A DNA stretch of 17,984 bases from Oligoflexales bacterium (GTDB taxonomy: Bacteria > Bdellovibrionota_B > Oligoflexia > Oligoflexales > RGVZ01), in NCBI GenBank assembly GCA_044236265.1, contig JBIIGV010000060.1:1-17984 (forward strand). The letters are read 5' to 3'. Shown one piece after another: positions 7,261 to 14,612 of the stretch. Numbering within the stretch: the first letter of the stretch is position 1; the number at the start of each line of letters is the position of its first letter. A model generated the notes under the pieces. That model made no database searches. It was given only the letters and a program-made list of their open reading frames with translations, and had not been told where the DNA came from. A program made the translations under genes and the position numbers.

Positions 7261-8007
7261 TCAGTTTGTAAACATGCCGCCGTTGACGTGAATGGTACTT
7301 CCGGTGATGTACTTTGCACTATCTCCAGCCAAGAACACGACAGCGGCAGCAATGTCTTCCGGTGTGCCAAGACGCTTTAGAGGAATCTTAGCTAAAATGG
7401 CCTCTTTCGCCTGATCCGGGAGGGCATCAGTCATGTCCGTTTGAATGAAGCCTGGCGCCACGCAGTTACATAGGATTCCGAATTGAGCCAAATCCTGAGC
7501 TATACTTTTGGTGAATGCCGTAATGGCTCCCTTTGTTGCGGAATACATCGACTGTCCAGCATTACCCGTATAGCCAACCACCGACGCAATATTAATGATT
7601 CGGCCCGTCTTGGCGCGGATCATTCCTTTTGTAGCAAACTTACTGAGGAGAAAAACTGGCTTTAGATTGGTACTCAGTAGAGTTTCGAAGTCTTCTGGTT
7701 TGGCGAACGGCAGAAGCTGGTCGATCGAAACACCCGCGTTGTTCACCAGAACCTGGATGGGGCCCATTTCGGCAGTCACGACCTTGATAAGCTCCTGACA
7801 TGCTGCTGCATCGGATAAGTCCGCTTTGAATGGCATTGCACCGGGAATTTTCTCGCAGATGGCTCGCGCCTTATCTTCTGCGCCACGATAGTGCACAGCG
7901 ACTTTGTATCCAGCCTGACCCAGCGCAATGGCACAGGCTGCTCCGATTCCTCTGCTCGCCCCGGTCACCAATGCGACTTTAGCTGCGGAGCCACTCGGCG
8001 AACTCAT
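7261..8007 (-). CDS. fabG: 3-oxoacyl-ACP reductase FabG (SDR family)
   Basis: ALVTGASRGIG, LVNNAG, IINIASVVG..GNAGQ, YSATK (YxxxK), VAPGFIQTDMT and YITGSTIHVNGGM. Start at ATG 8007 with a GGAGG RBS. Confidence 0.92.
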   Translation of the reverse strand: MSSPSGSAAKVALVTGASRGIGAACAIALGQAGYKVAVHYRGAEDKARAICEKIPGAMPFKADLSDAAACQELIKVVTAEMGPIQVLVNNAGVSIDQLLPFAKPEDFETLLSTNLKPVFLLSKFATKGMIRAKTGRIINIASVVGYTGNAGQSMYSATKGAITAFTKSIAQDLAQFGILCNCVAPGFIQTDMTDALPDQAKEAILAKIPLKRLGTPEDIAAAVVFLAGDSAKYITGSTIHVNGGMFTN

Positions 8008-8038
8008 AGACCCTCCGATCTGTTGGATTAGACAGGGG

Positions 8039-8067
8039 AGGATATCACTTGGGTCAACAGCCGACAA
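8039..8067 (-). promoter_or_regulatory. Putative sigma70 promoter for fabG-fabH
   Basis: On the minus strand: TTGTCG (8067-8062), 17 nt, TATCCT (8044-8039), with TG at the extended -10 position; about 30 nt upstream of the fabG ATG. Confidence 0.45.
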
Positions 8068-8103
8068 TCAAGTTTAATTGATAGTTGCCGTTGGGGTGGA
8101 TTC

Positions 8104-10518
8104 TCAAGAGGCCGTTTTCACCGCGGTGGAATTGGCGGTTTTTTGTGCATCTTTGGCCTTAAACGCCCATTGGACAAGCAAGGCGGTCGTGCGCCAGATG
8201 CCAAGGATGTCGTTACTAGCATCTGGATGAAATCCTTCGTGCGCCGCGCGGTTTCGGAAGTCCTGGAATATGTGTAGTTCGCGGCAATACTCAGCCAATT
8301 CGATATCGTCTTTTGCCCCTGTGACTACAAGGCTGGCCAAGCCGTGCTTACACTGTTGTCGACCAAATACAAAAAAGAAAAGTCCAAACGCCTTAAGACC
8401 ATCGAGAGTAAAACGCTTTCCAGGTTCAAATTGACAAAGTGCCCTTAGCATTTTTCTTAGTTTGAATTTTGAAAAAAATGGAATCTCTCTGACAACTGGA
8501 AGTGCCGCAATAAAGGATTCAAAGTCATCCATATTGCGAAGGATCGGCCGAGCATAACCAATGACGTCTAGCTTGCGTTGGATATTTCCTCGTTGCAGAA
8601 TCTGACTGACGTGATCTTCAAAAAATTCACGGTACAGTAGCTCCATGGCCTTGTATTGCATGTCGATGAGCGGGGATAAGTCTATTTCGTTGGCGTGTTT
8701 GCTTGAGGTGACAGTCCTATTAAAAAACAGGGCTGTGCGAAGTGCGCGTTTGACTTCGCTGGAGAGATGATTGTAATTAGGGATCATGCCTGCCAATTCG
8801 ATATCTAGATTTTCCCCGTCAGTCTCATTTGTATCTTCGTTTCGGAAAGCGACAACGGTGGGCTTATTTCCCGGCAATAATAGCGCAGATAGTTCGTCTT
8901 TTAATTGAAACAATGGGTGATCGGTGTTTTGAGGTAATTCGAAATCATGGACCACACTGCGAAGCTCTTTTTGGAGTGCACTGAGATCTTTGCTGCTGAG
9001 TATATTGACGATCTCTTGTTTGACGACGATTGACGCGTTCGGCCTGGTAAGCATGTTGATCAATTCGAGCAGGCTGCGAGGTGTATTAATTGCGCCTAAT
9101 GCGCGAGCAACAGAGCGGATCTCCGTCTCGTCGTTGCTGCGAATATGATCGAGCAATTTAAGCACTGCGTCGTCTCGTCCTTTCAACTTCGACATCGACA
9201 TAATATGGGCAAGCGTCATGAGGCCGCGGCCTTTTCTAGTGGCCGCTGTGAGGCTGTTAATGTCCGTTGTCTCGGGGGAAAGCCAGGATTTGGCGAGCAG
9301 TGACCACGAACCATTTCCTGAAATGGTTCCATTAGTGGTTTTTGAAAGTACAGAAACAAAATCCATAAACGGATGCTCAATAATTGCCTTTGACTCGGGT
9401 TCATCTGAGAATTCTTTGGTGTTAGAAATTTTGTCAGATGACATGTTGGACTTGCCTGCGACGGCATTTTCTCGGGCAGAATGGAGTTTCGCGAACACAT
9501 TGGTATTGTAAGATTTTGAAAAGATGCTGCCGGCTCCATTGGCTGGTCCTGGAAACTTTCCAAAAGGCTGGTGGCTAATCAAGCTGTCCAACCAAGAGTC
9601 GCTCAAAGAAATTATGGGACCTTCGCCGGAAATAGCTACGATGGGCAGACCATCAAGGAGCCCTGGATTGCTCGGCGCCAGTCTTAATAACTTATTCAGA
9701 ATGGTTAGTTTAATTTCGCCGCGAGACCAGATGGCTGGTAGCTTCGGTGGCTGGTCGAGTTTATCCGCGTCCTTGGTTAATAGTTTTTCTAACTTTGAAA
9801 TTTCGTTGGTGCGTCGATCGTGGTTCTCAATAATCGCCGACGTAGCCTCAATCCAAATTGCGCGAGGACCAGATGCGATCCACTTTTTTAACTCGTCTTC
9901 CGCGTGTCGACAAAGCCAGCAGACGGCCGGTATTAGGCTTTTATCCTCTGGAAATGAAGTGGACCTGTTGATGTCCAGTATTTTCCAGGCGAGTCTGTTT
10001 AAACGTGAATCAAATAAATCAAACTGAAGGCATCTTTCAAACAACAGAGCATGGAATGCGGGAGATAGTTCTTCCCAGTCTTTAGCATTCAGAGTTGCCC
10101 GTACCAGTTCAAATCCATGAGACAGCGTCGCGATATCGAGAATAGTAAATCTTATACGTTGTGGAAGTCCCGGACTGGCGGCAATCGGGATCAGTCGATG
10201 CCAAAGAATTCTGTCTGTTGCGGTTGCCCAAGTCCGTATTGCGGTGGCAGCAATGTTCTGCTCCCATCCTAAAAGATGATCCATGACCCATAACTCAAAT
10301 CCAGCGCGGTAGGTTGGCTGACAAATTTCAAATGCGGACATGATTTCATCCTGACTCAGAGGAAAATGTATCAGACCTTTAAGAAGGTCGTGATCAATCG
10401 TCAGCGAATTCTGCCGCCATTTATGGATAATCTCGGTGCGCTCTTTCGAAGATGCCGCAGAAATGAATTCCTCCAGTTCAGAGCTATTGATGATCCTTGG
10501 GTTGCTTTTGGAAACCAT
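8104..10518 (-). CDS. Large alpha-helical protein with HEAT-like repeats and a C-terminal HEPN-like domain
   Basis: 804-aa ORF with a TAAGGT RBS and no signal peptide. HEAT-like segment AVLKLLDHIRSNDETEIRSVARALGAINTPRSLLELINML. C-terminal DLSPLIDMQYKAMELLYR helix and FRNRAAH (RNxxxH). The CDS itself is secure; the domain calls are motif-based. Confidence 0.7.
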   Translation of the reverse strand: MVSKSNPRIINSSELEEFISAASSKERTEIIHKWRQNSLTIDHDLLKGLIHFPLSQDEIMSAFEICQPTYRAGFELWVMDHLLGWEQNIAATAIRTWATATDRILWHRLIPIAASPGLPQRIRFTILDIATLSHGFELVRATLNAKDWEELSPAFHALLFERCLQFDLFDSRLNRLAWKILDINRSTSFPEDKSLIPAVCWLCRHAEDELKKWIASGPRAIWIEATSAIIENHDRRTNEISKLEKLLTKDADKLDQPPKLPAIWSRGEIKLTILNKLLRLAPSNPGLLDGLPIVAISGEGPIISLSDSWLDSLISHQPFGKFPGPANGAGSIFSKSYNTNVFAKLHSARENAVAGKSNMSSDKISNTKEFSDEPESKAIIEHPFMDFVSVLSKTTNGTISGNGSWSLLAKSWLSPETTDINSLTAATRKGRGLMTLAHIMSMSKLKGRDDAVLKLLDHIRSNDETEIRSVARALGAINTPRSLLELINMLTRPNASIVVKQEIVNILSSKDLSALQKELRSVVHDFELPQNTDHPLFQLKDELSALLLPGNKPTVVAFRNEDTNETDGENLDIELAGMIPNYNHLSSEVKRALRTALFFNRTVTSSKHANEIDLSPLIDMQYKAMELLYREFFEDHVSQILQRGNIQRKLDVIGYARPILRNMDDFESFIAALPVVREIPFFSKFKLRKMLRALCQFEPGKRFTLDGLKAFGLFFFVFGRQQCKHGLASLVVTGAKDDIELAEYCRELHIFQDFRNRAAHEGFHPDASNDILGIWRTTALLVQWAFKAKDAQKTANSTAVKTAS

Positions 10519-10557
10519 TTAAAAAAACCTTATGTTGGGGGATTCCGCTCGAGAGGG

Positions 10558-10589
10558 AACCCTATGCTAAAATGAAGTGACATAGGGTT
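10558..10589. repeat. 9-bp perfect inverted repeat in a divergent promoter region
   Basis: AACCCTATG (10558-10566), 14 nt, CATAGGGTT (10581-10589). It overlaps a plus-strand extended -10-like TGcTAAAAT at 10565-10573. Confidence 0.6.
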
Positions 10590-10597
10590 ATCGGCTG

Positions 10598-11587
10598 GTG
10601 GAAAGGTCATCAAAGGTGAGTTTCTTGATAAAGTTGAAAAAAAATAGAATTTTATTGATGGTCTTAGGTGGATACGCCTTCGTTTTTTCTAGCGTAAACG
10701 CGCGAGAACTTCCTTTTCCGGCGCCAAGTCACGCCGGGATGCCAGTTCAGCTTAAAGTTTCCGGCCTGGCTGTTGATAAAGGGGACGTGTTCGTCTTTCC
10801 TGATTCGCCATCAGTGGTGATTAAGATCCCTTTTGATACGACCAATAAAGCGACGACATCGCCTTTTGGTGGACTAGCCATGCAAAGTCGCATTCAGATA
10901 AGTGGAAGCGCTTATCCAGGGCGATGGCGAGGATTTTATTCCGTGGGTGAACAAGTTGTTGTCTGGGATTCGACCATCCTTCAGCTGCTGGTTTTACAAA
11001 AGAAAGATTTCTCTGTCGTGCGGAGTGTGACAGTTCCTCTAGATGTCGTAAAGCCGGCGCTGGATCGAGGTGGAGAGGCAAGTCATCAAGAGGTTAAACG
11101 TCTAAGGAATAAGCTTCGCGGCTCATTTAAGAGTTTAAAGGGAGATCGTTTTTCCGGGCTGGCTGAGATTCCCTCGGATTGGGAAGGTTCTAAAGGTCGA
11201 CGATTTCTTATTTCAACCCGGCTGAGCGGATTTCCTTTATTACTGATGGCCTGTGATCGCGATGACGCGGCCAATTGTTATATCGAACGACAATGTCAGC
11301 TTCACGGTGCTTCCCCGCAATTGAATGCTAATTCAGCCGGTATCGGCATCAACGCGGAAAAACGGGCGGTTTTGATCGCAAATTCTTTTAGTAATACGAT
11401 TGAGGTTTTCAAATACGATCGTTGTGGGAGTGTGCAGAAGACTGGCGTATTGAAGATTCCGACCAAGTTGCCCAAAGTTGAGACCATTTATCTGGATGCA
11501 TTATCAAGATTATGGATGGGAACTGGTGTAATCGACACTCAGGTGGATGCTAATATCTTCTTTTGGGAAAAAGAGAGCTGGATGTAG
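10598..11587 (+). CDS. Hypothetical secreted protein, possibly a beta-propeller
   Basis: 329-aa ORF with an uncertain start (GTG 10598 or ATG 10658) and a signal-peptide-like N-terminus (…KKNRILLMVLGGYAFVFSSVNA). Recurrent blade-like segments: SGLAVDKGDVFV, FSGLAEI, AGIGINAEKRAVLIANS, ETIYLDALSRLWMGT. Confidence 0.6.
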   Translation: MERSSKVSFLIKLKKNRILLMVLGGYAFVFSSVNARELPFPAPSHAGMPVQLKVSGLAVDKGDVFVFPDSPSVVIKIPFDTTNKATTSPFGGLAMQSRIQISGSAYPGRWRGFYSVGEQVVVWDSTILQLLVLQKKDFSVVRSVTVPLDVVKPALDRGGEASHQEVKRLRNKLRGSFKSLKGDRFSGLAEIPSDWEGSKGRRFLISTRLSGFPLLLMACDRDDAANCYIERQCQLHGASPQLNANSAGIGINAEKRAVLIANSFSNTIEVFKYDRCGSVQKTGVLKIPTKLPKVETIYLDALSRLWMGTGVIDTQVDANIFFWEKESWM

Positions 11588-11612
11588 CGCTGTGTATCGA
11601 CGATATTTATCG

Positions 11613-14612
11613 TTAGAATTTCGCACCCACGTTGATGTGAAATTCTCCTCGTCGCCAAAGTGGGACCGATAAATCTGATCTAGGGTAACAAAATTCTTTA
11701 TTGCTTTTACATTTAGCTGTTTTTGGTTCATGCCATGGGACCCCGTATGCCAGGTTTATGGCGCCGATGGGGGTTAGAAAGTTTAATGCAGTACCAGCTG
11801 ATGTGTAGTTTTTTTGCCAGACGACTTCTGGCTCTGAAATAACATCGCTAACATCATAACCAATATTATCCTCGATGCTGCTGATGGCTTCTCCTCCACA
11901 GCCCTTTTTGACGTCTCGCTCGAACGCACGCTTAAATTTTTGCTCTTCGATCTTGTTAAAGCTCGCAGTACCGGAGTCCACGAATAACGTCGTTGCGAAT
12001 GCCGAGGTGAACCGATATCGGCTCTCTAGTTTAAGGACGAGTCTTCTGGATCCACCAGTTGGCGATGAGGTGTACCCACAGGCCCAGTTCCCCTCTGGGT
12101 CTAGTGTTGGGCGACGAACTATGGGGCCGAGAACCTTTTCATCGAAGCCGCGAACACGCTCGACGCCACTAGCCAAAAGTCTTTCACTTTGTGGCAAAAT
12201 ATCTGCATCTGCGGTCCCTTCACGTTCCACATCTTCGAAGCTCGTAATGCTAATTCCAAATGCAAATACAAGATTCTCGACAGGTGATACATAGTGATTG
12301 TTGGTTAATTCCCACCGGAAATAACGCAAATCTCCACCAAGATCATAACGAGCCCAAGATAATTCCGAGTTTAACGTATAGCCGGCACTTGCCCAAAGTA
12401 AGTCATTGCGCTTATCGACAAATAGGCGAACACCGGCTCGTCCCACAGCAAAGGTGTCAGCCAGGAAAGCGTCGACGTCCTCTTTGACGCCCTCCTCCTC
12501 ATTCAGTTTTCTGCCATAAAAAGTTGAAATTTTGGACCCTGGTAAAACAGATCTTAAGCTGTGGGAGAGTTCCAGTTCGCCGGCCCGTGTTAATGACCAT
12601 GCATACTCAGTCGCTCGCGCGCCTTGCGCCACCGATATTGTTCCATCAATGTTAGAATCCAGCAGATGAGGCTCTAAATAGCCGGCAGATATTGATCGGC
12701 CGACCAATGTCTTTGATCCAATGGCTTTTTGGTGTGATTCTTGTTTGAACTCGGCTCGCCCATAGAGCTGCCGACCTGTTCCTAAAATATTCGTCAAGGC
12801 AGCCTCGACGTTATATCGCATACCATAGTAAGAGCTCCATCCCGGTCCAAAGGTCAACGTGCGCGAAGGGCTCTCGGTGACCTGGATGACCAAGTCAACC
12901 GTGTCAGATCTTTTAAACGCCAGGTCCGGATCGAGAGGTTTGATGATGACCGTGGAGAATGTTCCAATTCGCAATAACGCATCCCGAGATGAAGAAACCT
13001 GTTCTGGTGTATACCAATCACCAGTTTTGAAATGAAGTTCACGGAGGACGACTTTTGGTTGAGTTTTGACTAAGCCGGTGACAAACACATCCCCAAACTT
13101 CACACGAGGACCTTCGTCAATTTTTACAATGACGATCGTCTCCATCCGTCCATTGCTCAGACTTTTAGAAGATGTTTCGGCTGATGTTGATGTGTAAAAA
13201 TAGCCATTATTTGCATAGAGAGAGCGAATTTTTTGCTGGAATTCAACAATTTTCGTCCGATCCAATGGTGCTGATTTTTCAAAATTACTGAGCTCAATTA
13301 TTTCTTCATTTGGAATGGCAGAGTTCCCGCTGACTGCAATTCGGTCGAATATGAATTGATCGCCTTCATCAATTGAGACAACGATGACGATAGTGTTGCT
13401 GAGACCTGAACCTGCCTGGCTTTGAATCTGGCGATCTATAACTTTTACATTCCAAAATCCTCTGTTGATGTAGCTATTTCTGATGCGTTCAATGCCGGCT
13501 GCTATCGCATCCGGGTTGAATATCACCCCGGATCGTTGACCTTCGCTTTGCGGTGGACGTTCGATCCCTAAGAGAGAAAATATCTCGGTCTCATTGAAAT
13601 AGCTGTTTCCCTCGACCTGGAGGCGACTGATGGTGGTAACCTCTCCAGGGATGACGTTGAATTTATGTATTAACTCCCCACTGCCGGTCTCAGTTAACAC
13701 CGGCCCTGATACTTGAGCATTGCTGTAGCCTTTGATTTTTAGCTGCCGCAATAGTTCAAAGTTCACAGAGTCTGGGCTCAATATTGCGGGATCAAAATTT
13801 TGCATGTCTGCATTTGAGAATATTGATGACAGGCTTCTTCCGGTATTTTGATCAACAAATTCGTAGACGATTTTCTTTCCGAACATACCTTTGACTTTGA
13901 TCCAGGCTGACGCTGTCCCGGCGTCAAACTCAAATCCTTCGAAAGTAAGATTTGTGTTTGCATATCCTAGCGAGCGTGCCTTGCTCTCAGTTTCAGAGAT
14001 AGCTTTGCCAGCTTCCTCAGCACTACAGATTTCACCTGGTCGGATAGATTGGTCGACTGAAACTGGGGGTGACTGTTCCCATTTGAAGCCGCGAACGATA
14101 CAAGGATCCCCAATGTCGAGCTTAAATCTATATTGGACGTCGCCCTCAGCTTTTCTCACGCTGGTTGTAATATTTGATGACATATATCCGTGCTTCGATA
14201 GTACGGATTTTAGCTCGATTTCCAATTTCTCTCTGAGTTCTTCCGAATGAACCTGTCCCAAGTATGGGGTGGCTGCGGCGCGTAGATAGATTAAGAGAGA
14301 TAGAGGCGCCATTTCGAAGTCTACTTTCGATAGCGCGACTCCTCTAGTTCCCTTCACAACCAGTCCATCGGGCATTCTTTCGATCCAAAGGCTTGAGAAC
14401 GGATGGCGCAGGGCCATGGACACAAGAATCTGTTGAAGGTCCCCAGGATTTTTAATTTCCGGCGTTCTGGTGTGAAGTCTCTCGCTCTCATCAGCACTTA
14501 TCATTAGTTCAGGATCAATGGTCCAGGAGTTGCTGGACATAGCTACGCCAGGCCATAGCGATGCGATAGCCATCAACAATCCAAGCAAGCATCCGTATTT
14601 AGGGAAATGCAA
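11613..14612 (-). CDS. Omp85 family outer-membrane assembly protein (BamA/TamA-like) with multiple POTRA domains
   Basis: POTRA repeats (…EGNSYF, SGNSAI, TGL.KT…VVLREL.FKTG), NILGTGRQL, DKRND…ASAGY, the VRGF lid-lock motif, TPIGAI.LAYG and a C-terminal FHINVGAKF beta-signal ending in Phe. Start is uncertain: TTG 14612 gives a plausible signal peptide, and ATG 14573 is an alternative. Confidence 0.88.
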   Translation of the reverse strand: MHFPKYGCLLGLLMAIASLWPGVAMSSNSWTIDPELMISADESERLHTRTPEIKNPGDLQQILVSMALRHPFSSLWIERMPDGLVVKGTRGVALSKVDFEMAPLSLLIYLRAAATPYLGQVHSEELREKLEIELKSVLSKHGYMSSNITTSVRKAEGDVQYRFKLDIGDPCIVRGFKWEQSPPVSVDQSIRPGEICSAEEAGKAISETESKARSLGYANTNLTFEGFEFDAGTASAWIKVKGMFGKKIVYEFVDQNTGRSLSSIFSNADMQNFDPAILSPDSVNFELLRQLKIKGYSNAQVSGPVLTETGSGELIHKFNVIPGEVTTISRLQVEGNSYFNETEIFSLLGIERPPQSEGQRSGVIFNPDAIAAGIERIRNSYINRGFWNVKVIDRQIQSQAGSGLSNTIVIVVSIDEGDQFIFDRIAVSGNSAIPNEEIIELSNFEKSAPLDRTKIVEFQQKIRSLYANNGYFYTSTSAETSSKSLSNGRMETIVIVKIDEGPRVKFGDVFVTGLVKTQPKVVLRELHFKTGDWYTPEQVSSSRDALLRIGTFSTVIIKPLDPDLAFKRSDTVDLVIQVTESPSRTLTFGPGWSSYYGMRYNVEAALTNILGTGRQLYGRAEFKQESHQKAIGSKTLVGRSISAGYLEPHLLDSNIDGTISVAQGARATEYAWSLTRAGELELSHSLRSVLPGSKISTFYGRKLNEEEGVKEDVDAFLADTFAVGRAGVRLFVDKRNDLLWASAGYTLNSELSWARYDLGGDLRYFRWELTNNHYVSPVENLVFAFGISITSFEDVEREGTADADILPQSERLLASGVERVRGFDEKVLGPIVRRPTLDPEGNWACGYTSSPTGGSRRLVLKLESRYRFTSAFATTLFVDSGTASFNKIEEQKFKRAFERDVKKGCGGEAISSIEDNIGYDVSDVISEPEVVWQKNYTSAGTALNFLTPIGAINLAYGVPWHEPKTAKCKSNKEFCYPRSDLSVPLWRRGEFHINVGAKF

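Noticed and set aside
7245..7370. 42-aa N-terminal extension of FabH
   Set aside because: It overlaps the 3' end of fabG. FabH-like sequence and an RBS support ATG 7244.
8008..8067. 20-aa N-terminal extension of FabG from TTG 8067
   Set aside because: A GGAGG RBS directly precedes ATG 8007, and the extension coincides with a promoter-like sequence.
9218..10027. Plus-strand ORFs of 97 and 167 aa inside the 804-aa gene, considered as possible antitoxins
   Set aside because: They are antisense shadows with Ser-rich, non-protein-like composition, and I recognised no motif.
11588..11612. Small dyad CGATA-TT-TATCG between convergent genes considered as a terminator
   Set aside because: The 5-bp AT-rich stem has a 2-nt loop and no U-tract, which is too weak.
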